NCBI GenBank assembly: GCA_965367695.1 | Contig: CBDUKB010000001.1 | Coordinates: 3,485 to 67,484 of the forward strand | DNA length: 64,000 nucleotides | Source: an uncultured Putridiphycobacter sp. | Lineage (GTDB): Bacteria; Bacteroidota; Bacteroidia; Flavobacteriales_D; Crocinitomicaceae | Direction: 5' to 3' | Notes under the pieces: model-generated | Told to the model about the DNA's origin: nothing | Seen by the model: only the letters and a program-made list of their open reading frames with translations | Database searches by the model: none | Made by a program: the position numbers and the translations under genes | Part shown: positions 50,087 through 59,863 of the stretch, in pieces | How the letters are laid out: the number at the start of each line of letters is the position of its first letter | How positions within the stretch are numbered: the stretch's first letter is position 1

Positions 50087-51799
50087 ATGCATAAAGAATC
50101 AGCAATAAGAGAACCTTTAATACTTGGACATAAAACGTACCACGATATTACAGAGGACGTATGTCGTTCTATCGAAGGCAAAGCCCCAAAGGCTTGGTAT
50201 ATTATGTTCGGAATTGCCCTTATAATTGGCCTATATGGTGTTGGGTGTATACTTTATTTATTAGGAACCGGTATTGGTACTTGGGGATTAAATAAAACTG
50301 TCGAATGGGCATGGGATATTACTAACTTCGTTTGGTGGGTTGGTATTGGTCATGCTGGAACATTAATTTCGGCAGTACTGCTTTTATTCCGTCAAAAATG
50401 GCGTATGGCCATCAACCGTTCAGCAGAAGCAATGACAATCTTTGCGGTATTCATGGCAGGTTTATTCCCGCTGATACACATGGGACGTTTATGGGTAGGA
50501 TATTGGGTATTACCAATTCCAAATCAATTTGGTTCTTTATGGGTGAACTTTAACTCTCCACTTTTATGGGATGTATTCGCCATTTCAACGTATTTATCGG
50601 TATCATTGGTATTTTGGTATATTGGTTTACTACCTGATTTTGCAACGATTAGAGATAGAGCAAAGTCTCCAGTAGCTAAAAAAGTATACAGTGTATTGTC
50701 TTTTGGTTGGTCAGGTAGGGCTAAACATTGGAACCGTTTTGAAATTGTTTCATTGGTTTTAGCAGGATTGGCAACACCTTTAGTATTTTCGGTACACTCT
50801 ATTGTATCTTTTGATTTTGCCACTTCGGTAATACCTGGTTGGCACACAACTATTTTCCCTCCTTACTTCGTTGCTGGGGCGGTATTTTCTGGATTTGCAA
50901 TGGTACAAACACTGTTGTTGATTTTAAGAAAAGGAATGAAGTTAGAAGCTTACATTCATACCAAGCACGTTGAATACATGAACATTGTAATTATGGTTAC
51001 TGGTTCAATGGTAGGGGTTGCTTATTTAACAGAGTTATTCATGTCATGGTATTCAGGTGTTGAGTACGAAGCATATGCCTTTTTAAACAGAGCAACAGGT
51101 CCGTATTGGTGGGCTTATGCATCTATGATGACATGTAACGTAATTTCTCCGCAATTAATGTGGTTTAAAAAATTAAGAAGAAGTTTATTGTTCACTTTCT
51201 TTATCTCAATTATTGTAAATATTGGAATGTGGTTTGAACGTTTTGTAATTATTGTAACTTCAATTCATCAAGATTATTTACCATCATCTTGGAGTATGTT
51301 CTATCCAACTTGGGTTGACATAGGAATTTATATCGGTACAATTGGACTGTTCTTAGTATTCTATTTATTGTACGCAAGGTATTTCCCTGTATTGGCTATA
51401 TCTGAAGTTAAAACAATTTTAAAGTCTTCAGGAGAATCATACAAAAACGGTTCAGCTGAAATTCATGCAAGCCATTCTAAATCTGTTAAAGCTGAAGTAA
51501 TATCAGAAACAACTGCAATAGCACCAGAAGCTGACAAATCAGAAAGTATCAATACTTTGATTGATAAAATTGGAACTGGTTCAGCGGATAAAAAAGATGA
51601 TTTAAAATTAATATCAGGTGTAGGCCCAGTATTGGAAAAAACATTGAATAGTATTGGCGTTTATTCATTTGAACAAGTAAGTAAAATGACCAAAGCTGAA
51701 TACGATTTATTGGATTCAATTACTGGAACATTCCCAGGAAGAGCGGAAAGGGATGATTGGGCTGCTCAAGCTAAAGAATTAATGAACAAGACTAAATAA
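50087..51799 (+). CDS. actC: Alternative complex III subunit ActC (NrfD/PsrC quinol-binding) with an extra C-terminal HhH domain
   Basis: WDITNFVWWVGIGHAGTLISA, IHMGR, SPLLWD, GMWFERF; ~117-aa C-terminal extension. Confidence 0.95.
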   Translation: MHKESAIREPLILGHKTYHDITEDVCRSIEGKAPKAWYIMFGIALIIGLYGVGCILYLLGTGIGTWGLNKTVEWAWDITNFVWWVGIGHAGTLISAVLLLFRQKWRMAINRSAEAMTIFAVFMAGLFPLIHMGRLWVGYWVLPIPNQFGSLWVNFNSPLLWDVFAISTYLSVSLVFWYIGLLPDFATIRDRAKSPVAKKVYSVLSFGWSGRAKHWNRFEIVSLVLAGLATPLVFSVHSIVSFDFATSVIPGWHTTIFPPYFVAGAVFSGFAMVQTLLLILRKGMKLEAYIHTKHVEYMNIVIMVTGSMVGVAYLTELFMSWYSGVEYEAYAFLNRATGPYWWAYASMMTCNVISPQLMWFKKLRRSLLFTFFISIIVNIGMWFERFVIIVTSIHQDYLPSSWSMFYPTWVDIGIYIGTIGLFLVFYLLYARYFPVLAISEVKTILKSSGESYKNGSAEIHASHSKSVKAEVISETTAIAPEADKSESINTLIDKIGTGSADKKDDLKLISGVGPVLEKTLNSIGVYSFEQVSKMTKAEYDLLDSITGTFPGRAERDDWAAQAKELMNKTK

Positions 51800-51806
51800 A
51801 TAGAAC

Positions 51807-52352
51807 ATGGCAGATAGAGTAATATATGCAATGTATGATGATGATGATGTAATCAAAGATGCTGCAAAAGCATTGGTTGCGGATGGGATTCATATTTCAG
51901 AAGTATTTTCACCATTTCCAATTCATGGAATTGACCCTATTATTGGTGTAAAGCATACAAGAATGGGTATTGTAGCGTTTATGTTTGGATTAACTGGTTT
52001 AATGTTGGCCTTACTTGGAATGCGTTATTTTATGATTGTAGATTGGCCAATGAATATTGGTGGAAAACCAAATTTTTCCTTATTAGAAAATTTACCTTCC
52101 TTTATTCCAATTTCATTTGAGTTCACCGTGCTTTTTGCAGCACACGGAATGGCAATAACTTATTTATTAAGAAATAAGACTTTACCAGGAATGCCAGCTG
52201 ATAATCCACACCCTAGAACAACAGATGATAGATTTGTAATGGAGATTAGGTTATCAGAAAACGCGAATTTTTCTTCAGAAGATTTACACGCTAAATTAAA
52301 GCGCACACCTATTGTTGAAATCGAAGAGAAAGAATATAAAATTATTAAATAA
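51807..52352 (+). CDS. actD: Alternative complex III subunit ActD (DUF3341)
   Basis: FSPFPIHGID, DWPMNIGGKP, FEFTVLFAA, TDDRF. Confidence 0.93.
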   Translation: MADRVIYAMYDDDDVIKDAAKALVADGIHISEVFSPFPIHGIDPIIGVKHTRMGIVAFMFGLTGLMLALLGMRYFMIVDWPMNIGGKPNFSLLENLPSFIPISFEFTVLFAAHGMAITYLLRNKTLPGMPADNPHPRTTDDRFVMEIRLSENANFSSEDLHAKLKRTPIVEIEEKEYKIIK

Positions 52353-52359
52353 GTTGATC

Positions 52360-53490
52360 ATGAACAGAAAGTTTAAGACAATAAACATATTAACATTAAG
52401 TATCCTTGCATTGGGTGGTACCATCAGTTCATGTGTTGGAGATTCCAACTCTCAAGGCTTGGAATATATGCCTGACATGTATCGTTCACCAGCTGTAGAA
52501 ACTTATGTTGATTATGGTCAAATTTTAGGTAAATATAATTTGGATTTAGTTGCAGCATACAAACCTGGTTTGGCACCTGCAGGAACTATTCCAACTTCTG
52601 GAAATAGCATGAATGATTTGCCATATGAGCATGGTGCACCAGTTGGTTTTGATAAATCACACGGTTTGTACGGAATGCCAGTTGATAGCAATGGTTATGC
52701 AGCTTCAGATGCTGATATAAACCCTATTCCTTATACTGAGAAAACTAAAAAAGAAGCGAAAGTTATCTATCAAAATTTCTGTATTCACTGTCATGGTGAA
52801 AAAGGAGATGGACAAGGTACAGTAGTGACAAACGGAGGGTTTCCGCCACCACCTGCCTACAATGCTGCTTTAAAAGATTTATCTGCTGGTAAAATATTCT
52901 TTTCTATTACTTATGGAAAAGGCTTAATGGGGGCTCATGCATCTCAATTATCGAAAGAAGAGAGATGGAAAGTAGTTCACCATGTAGAATTGTTACAAGG
53001 TAAGACAAAAGAAGTGGAGGCAGAGTTATTATTTGATGCCCATACGGATACGGATGGAGATAAAGTAATGGATAATGTTGATGAATGTCCGACAGTAGCA
53101 GGTACAGTTGATAATCATGGTTGTCCACCTGTAAGTGATGCGGTTGCAAATATTCTTGAAGGAGCAATTCGAGGATTAATGTTTACCACAGGTTCAACAA
53201 CAATTAACCCTAGCTCTTTTAATTCTTTAAATGCAATTAGTGGTTTGATGCAAGAAGATTCTACTACTACCTTGATTTTAAATGGGCATACTGATAATGT
53301 TGGAAATGCAGGGAATAATCAAGCCTTGTCTTTAGCAAGAGCAAAGGCAGTAAGAGACTATTTAGTTGGTAAAGGAATTGATTCAAAAAGAATTAATCCT
53401 GTTGGATACGGTCAATCTAAACCTAAAGTATCTAACGATACCGAAGCGGGTAGATTAGCGAATAGAAGAGTAGAATTTAGATTATATTAA
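52360..53490 (+). CDS. actE: Alternative complex III subunit ActE (mono-heme lipoprotein) fused to TSP3-like and OmpA C-terminal domains
   Basis: Lipobox ISSC; YMPDMYRS; CIHCH; ITYGKGLMGAHASQL..EERW; then DTDGDKVMDNVDECP and GHTD...SLARA...GYG...NRRVEF. Confidence 0.9.
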   Translation: MNRKFKTINILTLSILALGGTISSCVGDSNSQGLEYMPDMYRSPAVETYVDYGQILGKYNLDLVAAYKPGLAPAGTIPTSGNSMNDLPYEHGAPVGFDKSHGLYGMPVDSNGYAASDADINPIPYTEKTKKEAKVIYQNFCIHCHGEKGDGQGTVVTNGGFPPPPAYNAALKDLSAGKIFFSITYGKGLMGAHASQLSKEERWKVVHHVELLQGKTKEVEAELLFDAHTDTDGDKVMDNVDECPTVAGTVDNHGCPPVSDAVANILEGAIRGLMFTTGSTTINPSSFNSLNAISGLMQEDSTTTLILNGHTDNVGNAGNNQALSLARAKAVRDYLVGKGIDSKRINPVGYGQSKPKVSNDTEAGRLANRRVEFRLY

Positions 53491-53514
53491 TACAAGTTTT
53501 AATACAAAAAAAAC

Positions 53515-54735
53515 ATGGAGTTTCAAATTTCAGGAAAAGCTAAAAAGTCAATAATTACCGTTGCGGTAGTAGGCTTGATATTGTTTTTAGTTGGTGTATT
53601 TACCAACAATGAACCAGAATATCTAAAGTCAAGAGTAATTTCAAATTTTTTAATTGATAGTTTATTCTTTCTATTCATTTCGTTAGGAGCCTTATTCTTC
53701 TTAGCATTACAATATGCCACAGAAACTGGTTGGTCAGTTGCTATTAAAAGGGTATTAGAAGGGGTGTCATCTTATGTGATTATAGGTGCCATTACTGTTA
53801 GTTTAGTATTTGCATACTTAACATTTACAGATGGTGGATACACAGTAAACGATCACGGTCATCATGTTGGTCATGTTTACGAATGGATGGATCATCACAT
53901 GGTTGAAAATGATGCAATTTTACAAGGAAAATCAGCTTTCTTAAACAAAACTTTTTTCTGGGGAGCGACAATCGTATATTTTGCAATCTATTTATTGTTT
54001 TATAGAGGATTTAGAAAAAGAAGTTTGCAAGAAGACTTGGAAGGTGGAACAAAATTGCACTTTAAAAACTTTGCAAAAGCTGCTTTGTTTTTAGTATTAT
54101 TCGGTTATACGAGTTCTACTTTTACATGGCACTGGGTGATGTCGATTGATGCACACTGGTTCTCGACTTTATATGGCTGGTACGTATTTTCAGGAATGTG
54201 GTTAACAGCAATGGTTTGTACCATGTTATTGATTATTTATTTAAAAGGTAAAGGACACTTAGAAAAAGTGAACGATAGCCATATTCATGATGTGGGTAAA
54301 TGGGTTTTTGCTTTAAGTTTTTTATGGTCATATTTGTTTTTCTCACAATTCATGTTGTATTGGTACGCAAATATTGGAGAAGAAGTAATTTATTACCTGT
54401 TTAGATTTGAGAATTACAAAGCTATTTTCTGGGGTATGTTCATCATTAATTTTTCTATTCCAATGCTAATTTTAATGTCACGTGAAGCAAAACGACACGC
54501 TGGTGTTTTAATCGTTGTATGTTTAATCATTATCGCTGGACACTGGACAGATGTTTATATGTTAGTTACACCTGGTGTAATGGGTGAACATGGAAAAATC
54601 GGAATCATTGAATTGGGATTGTTTTTAGTATTTGCAAGTGGGTTTGTGTATTGGGTATTAAATACCTTGACAAAAGCACCATTGATGCCAAAAAATCATC
54701 CTTATTTAGATGAAAGTAAACACCACGATATATAA
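53515..54735 (+). CDS. actF: Alternative complex III subunit ActF
   Basis: Polytopic membrane protein; WVMSIDAHWFSTLYGW, HDVGK, FSQFMLYWYANIGEE. Confidence 0.93.
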   Translation: MEFQISGKAKKSIITVAVVGLILFLVGVFTNNEPEYLKSRVISNFLIDSLFFLFISLGALFFLALQYATETGWSVAIKRVLEGVSSYVIIGAITVSLVFAYLTFTDGGYTVNDHGHHVGHVYEWMDHHMVENDAILQGKSAFLNKTFFWGATIVYFAIYLLFYRGFRKRSLQEDLEGGTKLHFKNFAKAALFLVLFGYTSSTFTWHWVMSIDAHWFSTLYGWYVFSGMWLTAMVCTMLLIIYLKGKGHLEKVNDSHIHDVGKWVFALSFLWSYLFFSQFMLYWYANIGEEVIYYLFRFENYKAIFWGMFIINFSIPMLILMSREAKRHAGVLIVVCLIIIAGHWTDVYMLVTPGVMGEHGKIGIIELGLFLVFASGFVYWVLNTLTKAPLMPKNHPYLDESKHHDI

Positions 54736-54766
54736 ATTAATAATAGAAAAAATTAAAAGATAGATT

Positions 54767-55930
54767 ATGTTAATCATTTGGATAGTAATAATTCTCGCTT
54801 TCGTCACTGTAGCTCAATTATTGAGAGTGTCAGGTATAGCAAAAAAATTGCGTAATAAAAGAGAAGAAGATATCAGTGATGCTGATAACAATTTCAATGG
54901 AATTTTGTTATTGTTATTCATGTTTTTCTTCCTCGGTTTTACAGTTTATTTTTTGGTAAAATACGGAAATGGTATGTTGCCACAAGCTGCATCTGAACAT
55001 GGAGTTGATATCGATAAACTGTTTAATATTAACTGGATTATTGTATTGGGAGTATTCTTTTTAACAAATGCTTTGTTGTTTGTATTTGCTTTTAAATACA
55101 GAGGTAATAGTAATAGAAAAGCATATTATTTCCCTCACGATACTCGATTGGAGTTAATTTGGACGATTGTACCAGCGATAGTTTTAACGATTATCATTAT
55201 TTTAGGATTAAGAACATGGAATAATGTAACTGGAAAACCTTCTGAAGATGCACAAATAGTTGAAGTATATGGTCAACAATTTAATTGGTTAGTGCGCTAT
55301 TCAGGCGCAGATAATAAACTAGGGTTCGCAGATTATAAATTAATTTCTGCTGAAAACCCTTTAGGAGTGGCAACACCAGAATCAATTGATGCTGCTTTGT
55401 TAAATATGAGTAATTCAATTAATGATTTAGATATGTCATTAAAAGCCGATTCTGCTGGAACTGATGTTTATGCAGTAGAAGAAGTTTATGAAATGCAATC
55501 AAGAATGGAAAAATACATTCGTTTAAGAGAGCGTATTGAGAAAATGAAGGAACATTATTCAAATTCGGATTTGACCGTAGCGGATGATGATATTTTATCT
55601 CAAATTGAATTACATTTAATTAAAGGTCAAGAGTATCAATTCATCTTTAGATCAAAAGATGTATTGCACTCCGCTTATTTCCCTCACTTTAGAGCACAGA
55701 TGAACTGTGTACCTGGTATGCGTACAAAATTTAAGTTCAAACCAACAATCTCTACTGCCGAAATGCGTGAAATTAGAGGGAATCAGGATTTTAATTACGT
55801 GTTAATGTGTAATAAAATTTGTGGGGAGTCTCACTCAAATATGAAAATGATTGTTGTGGTTGATGAAACACAAGAAGAATTTGATGCTTGGGTAGCAGAA
55901 AACACAAAACCAGTCATAGTAAAAAACTAA
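54767..55930 (+). CDS. coxB: Cytochrome c oxidase subunit II (CuA)
   Basis: ASEHG, LELIWTIVP, QFNW, DVLHS, CNKICGESHSNM CuA motif. Confidence 0.95.
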   Translation: MLIIWIVIILAFVTVAQLLRVSGIAKKLRNKREEDISDADNNFNGILLLLFMFFFLGFTVYFLVKYGNGMLPQAASEHGVDIDKLFNINWIIVLGVFFLTNALLFVFAFKYRGNSNRKAYYFPHDTRLELIWTIVPAIVLTIIIILGLRTWNNVTGKPSEDAQIVEVYGQQFNWLVRYSGADNKLGFADYKLISAENPLGVATPESIDAALLNMSNSINDLDMSLKADSAGTDVYAVEEVYEMQSRMEKYIRLRERIEKMKEHYSNSDLTVADDDILSQIELHLIKGQEYQFIFRSKDVLHSAYFPHFRAQMNCVPGMRTKFKFKPTISTAEMREIRGNQDFNYVLMCNKICGESHSNMKMIVVVDETQEEFDAWVAENTKPVIVKN

Positions 55931-55958
55931 TTATTAAAATAACTAAAGAATTATAGAT

Positions 55959-57737
55959 ATGTCAGCAACAGCTCATGCACATCATAAAGAAAGCTTTATA
56001 ACTAAATTTATATTTAGTCAAGATCATAAAATGATTGGAAAACAATTTCTAGTAACGGCAATATTTATGTCGATTATTGGTGTTTTCTTATCTGTTTTAT
56101 TTAGAATTCAATTAGGTTGGCCAGGAGAAAGCAGTAGCTTTTTAAATACTTTTTTAGGCGATACTTGGGCACCTGAGGGAGTCTTGAACCGGGGAATGTA
56201 CCTAGGACTTGTTACCATTCACGGTACCATCATGGTATTCTTTGTATTAACAGGTGGACTTTCCGGTACGTTTAGTAATATACTGATTCCTTTTCAGATT
56301 GGAGCAAGAGATATGGCTTCTGGCTTCTTGAACATGCTTTCTTATTGGTTATTCTTATTGTCTTCATTGTTGATGGTTTATAGTTTGTTTTTAGAAACAG
56401 GACCTGCATCTGCTGGTTGGACAATTTATCCTCCTTTATCTGTTTTTGAAAAAGCGATTCCTGGATCTGGAAATGGGATGACCATGTGGTTAATTTCAAT
56501 GACCATTTTTGTGGCATCTTCTTTAATTGGTTCTTTAAATTATATTGTAACGGTATTAAACTTAAGAACAAAAGGAATGAAAATGACACGTTTGCCTTTG
56601 ACAATCTGGGCATTCTTTGTTACTGCCATTATTGGTGTGCTTTCTTTCCCAGTTTTAGTATCAGCAGTTGTGTTAATGATTATGGATAGAACTTTGGGTA
56701 CTTCATTTTATATCTCTGATGTTATTATTGGTGGTGAAATGATGGAACAGTCTGGTGGTTCTCCAATTTTATATGAGCACTTGTTCTGGTTCTTAGGTCA
56801 CCCTGAAGTATACATTATTCTATTGCCAGCATTGGGTTTAACTTCTGAGATTATTTCTACAAATGCTAGAAAACCAATTTTCGGATACCGTGCCATGATT
56901 GGTTCTATTCTTGCGATTGCATTTTTATCATTTATTGTTTGGGGGCATCACATGTTTATTACAGGTATGAATCCATTCTTGGGTGGTGTATTTGTATTTA
57001 CTACTTTATTAATTGCTATTCCTTCTGCGGTAAAAGTGTTTAACTACATTACAACTTTATGGAAAGGTAACTTAAGATTCACGCCAGCCATGTTGTTCTC
57101 TATTGGATTGGTTTCAGCATTTATTACTGGTGGTGTAACAGGGATTATATTAGCCGATTCAGCACTTGATATCCAAGTTCACGACACCATGTTTGTGGTT
57201 GCTCACTTCCACGTAGTAATGGGCTTATCTGCTATTTTAGGAATGTTTGCTGGTATTTACCACTGGTATCCTAAAATGTACGGTACCATGATGAATACAA
57301 AATTAGGTTTCATCCACTTTTGGGTAACGATTATTTGTGCATATGGGGTATTCTTACCAATGCACTTTGTAGGAATCGGTGGTGCGCCACGTAGATATTA
57401 TGATTACAGTGTGTATCAAGAGTTTGACAATGTACAAGGTGATATGATTTTAGACTTAAATGTGGTGATTTCTATCTTTGCTATTATCGGTGCAATCGGA
57501 CAAATTATTTTTATATTTAATTTCTTCTACAGTATTAAAAAAGGACAAAAAGCGGTTCAAAACCCTTGGAAATCCAATACATTAGAGTGGACTACACCAG
57601 TGGAACACATTCATGGAAACTGGCCAGGAGAATTACCTACCGTTCACAGATGGCCATACGATTATTCTAAGCCAGGCGCTGATGATGATTTTATTCCTCA
57701 GACTGTTCCTTTGAAAGAAGGTGAAGAAGATCACTAA
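55959..57737 (+). CDS. coxA: Cytochrome c oxidase subunit I (A1-type aa3)
   Basis: TIHGTIM, GWTIYPPL, WFLGHPEVY, VWGHH, VAHFH, PRRY. Confidence 0.97.
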   Translation: MSATAHAHHKESFITKFIFSQDHKMIGKQFLVTAIFMSIIGVFLSVLFRIQLGWPGESSSFLNTFLGDTWAPEGVLNRGMYLGLVTIHGTIMVFFVLTGGLSGTFSNILIPFQIGARDMASGFLNMLSYWLFLLSSLLMVYSLFLETGPASAGWTIYPPLSVFEKAIPGSGNGMTMWLISMTIFVASSLIGSLNYIVTVLNLRTKGMKMTRLPLTIWAFFVTAIIGVLSFPVLVSAVVLMIMDRTLGTSFYISDVIIGGEMMEQSGGSPILYEHLFWFLGHPEVYIILLPALGLTSEIISTNARKPIFGYRAMIGSILAIAFLSFIVWGHHMFITGMNPFLGGVFVFTTLLIAIPSAVKVFNYITTLWKGNLRFTPAMLFSIGLVSAFITGGVTGIILADSALDIQVHDTMFVVAHFHVVMGLSAILGMFAGIYHWYPKMYGTMMNTKLGFIHFWVTIICAYGVFLPMHFVGIGGAPRRYYDYSVYQEFDNVQGDMILDLNVVISIFAIIGAIGQIIFIFNFFYSIKKGQKAVQNPWKSNTLEWTTPVEHIHGNWPGELPTVHRWPYDYSKPGADDDFIPQTVPLKEGEEDH

Positions 57738-57759
57738 CCAACATAAAATATATTATTGT

Positions 57760-57791
57760 AAAGCCTTGACATTTATCGTCAGGGCTTTTTT
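57760..57791 (+). terminator. Rho-independent terminator of the act-cox operon
   Basis: AAAGCCTTGAC-loop-GTCAGGGCTTT followed by T-run. Confidence 0.8.
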
Positions 57792-57883
57792 GATTCTTAG
57801 TAAATATGCTCTTTGAGACTAATCCTTTTTATGCTACTCAATTCTATAAAATATTAACTACTTTTATACCAAATACAAGCACA

Positions 57884-58912
57884 TTGGAATCATTTGATTA
57901 TAGAGAAGAAGAGGAGCAATCCAAAGATGTTGAATTAGACCAAGTTCTAAGGCCCAAGTCATTTATTGACTTTGCTGGCCAAAAAAAAGTCTTGGAAAAT
58001 TTATCCGTTTTTGTCGAAGCAGCTAAACAAAGAAATGAACCTTTAGACCATGTATTGTTGCATGGTCCTCCAGGACTAGGTAAAACCACCTTGGCCAATA
58101 TTATAGCAAATGAGTTGGGAGTAGGCATTAAAATTACCTCAGGTCCAGTTTTAGATAAACCAGGTGATTTGGCTGGATTATTGACCAATTTAGAAGAAGG
58201 TGATGTGTTGTTCATTGATGAAATTCACCGACTTTCTCCTGTGATAGAAGAATATTTGTATTCGGCTATGGAGGACTTTATGATTGATATCATGATTGAT
58301 ACTGGGCCAAGTGCGAGGACGGTCCAAATTGCATTAAACCCATTCACTTTGGTGGGCGCAACAACGCGTTCAGGACTATTAACGGCTCCTTTAAGGGCTC
58401 GTTTTGGAATTAACAGCAGATTGGAGTATTATAACACAAAAACCCTTTCTAAGATTGTCTCACGTGCTTCCAATATTTTAGTGGTGCCCATTGACGAAGA
58501 TGCAGCTTATGAAATTGCTGGTAGAAGTAGGGGAACACCAAGAATTGCGAATGCATTGTTAAGAAGGGTCAGAGATTTTGCTCAAATTAAAGGCAATGGA
58601 AACATTGACATGCCCATTGTTAAATTTTCGTTGGAAGCTTTGAATGTAGATGAAAACGGTTTGGATGAAATGGATAATAAAATATTAACCACCATCATTG
58701 ATAAATTTGCAGGAGGACCAGTTGGATTAACGACCATTGCAACAGCAGTTGGAGAAAATGCTGGAACCATAGAAGAAGTATATGAACCCTTTTTAATTCA
58801 AGAAGGTTATATCATGCGAACTCCGAGAGGAAGAAAAGCAACAGAATTAGCTTACCGACATTTAGGTAGGCACCTTGGAAATTTTCAATCTGGATTGTTT
58901 GGTGAAATTTAA
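57884..58912 (+). CDS. ruvB: Holliday junction branch migration helicase RuvB (probable TTG start at 57884; ORF is open from 57806)
   Basis: [45 protein letters not shown]. Confidence 0.97.
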   Translation: MESFDYREEEEQSKDVELDQVLRPKSFIDFAGQKKVLENLSVFVEAAKQRNEPLDHVLLHGPPGLGKTTLANIIANELGVGIKITSGPVLDKPGDLAGLLTNLEEGDVLFIDEIHRLSPVIEEYLYSAMEDFMIDIMIDTGPSARTVQIALNPFTLVGATTRSGLLTAPLRARFGINSRLEYYNTKTLSKIVSRASNILVVPIDEDAAYEIAGRSRGTPRIANALLRRVRDFAQIKGNGNIDMPIVKFSLEALNVDENGLDEMDNKILTTIIDKFAGGPVGLTTIATAVGENAGTIEEVYEPFLIQEGYIMRTPRGRKATELAYRHLGRHLGNFQSGLFGEI

Positions 58913-58937
58913 TTCAATTTTTAAAGTTGATCGTTAA

Positions 58938-59861
58938 ATGCAAAATAGCAGCTTATTTTCTAAACAAATAAAAGAAAAAGCAATAGCACTTGGCTTCATG
59001 TCCTGTGGTATATCTGAAGCTACTTTTTTAGAAAATGAAGCGCCTATCCTTGAAAATTGGCTCAACAAGAATTACAATGGAAAGATGGCTTATATGGCCA
59101 ATCACTTTGATAAACGTTTAGACCCACGTTTGTTGGTGGATGATGCAAAATCAGTTATTTCGGTGATGTTGAATTACTATCCCGAAAAAGATTTATTTGC
59201 AGATGCCCCTTTAAAAATTTCCAAGTATGCTTACGGACAGGACTACCACAGTGTCATTAAAGAAAAACTAGGTCAGTTATTGACTTTTATTATTGAAAAT
59301 TCTGAAGAAGAAATAAATGCAAGGGTTTTTACCGATTCTGCGCCCGTTTTGGATAAGGCTTGGGCTGAAAGAAGTGGTTTAGGTTGGCAAGGCAAAAATG
59401 GTATGTTGATTAGCAAACAAAAAGGGAGTTTCTTTTTTGTTGGCGAAATTGTTTTAGACAAGGTTTTAACTTACGACCAGGCCAATACAACAAATCATTG
59501 TGGCACCTGTACGAAATGCATTGATGCTTGTCCTACTGATGCCATTCTAAGTTCTAATGTCATTGATGGTTCAAAATGCATTTCCTACCTCACCATTGAA
59601 CTTAAAGATGAAGTAATTCCAAAGGAGTTCAAAAATAAAATGGAAGGCTGGTTTTTTGGCTGCGATATTTGCCAAGATGTTTGTCCATGGAACAGGTTTT
59701 CAAGTCCGACAAAAACAGATGATTTTAAATCGCACCCCGATTTATCGAATACTGAATGGACAGATCTTACAGAAGAAGTGTTTAAAGAAGTGTTTCGTCA
59801 CTCAGCTGTGAAAAGAACCAAATTTAAAGGATTAAAACGCAATATTGAGTTTGTAAAGTAA
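58938..59861 (+). CDS. queG: Epoxyqueuosine reductase
   Basis: [46 protein letters not shown]. Confidence 0.95.
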   Translation: MQNSSLFSKQIKEKAIALGFMSCGISEATFLENEAPILENWLNKNYNGKMAYMANHFDKRLDPRLLVDDAKSVISVMLNYYPEKDLFADAPLKISKYAYGQDYHSVIKEKLGQLLTFIIENSEEEINARVFTDSAPVLDKAWAERSGLGWQGKNGMLISKQKGSFFFVGEIVLDKVLTYDQANTTNHCGTCTKCIDACPTDAILSSNVIDGSKCISYLTIELKDEVIPKEFKNKMEGWFFGCDICQDVCPWNRFSSPTKTDDFKSHPDLSNTEWTDLTEEVFKEVFRHSAVKRTKFKGLKRNIEFVK

Positions 59862-59863
59862 GC

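Noticed and set aside
54767-57737. No oxidase subunit III, ctaB or actG in the operon
   Set aside because: As I recall, Flavobacteriales encode subunit III and ctaB elsewhere and lack ActG, so this is not anomalous
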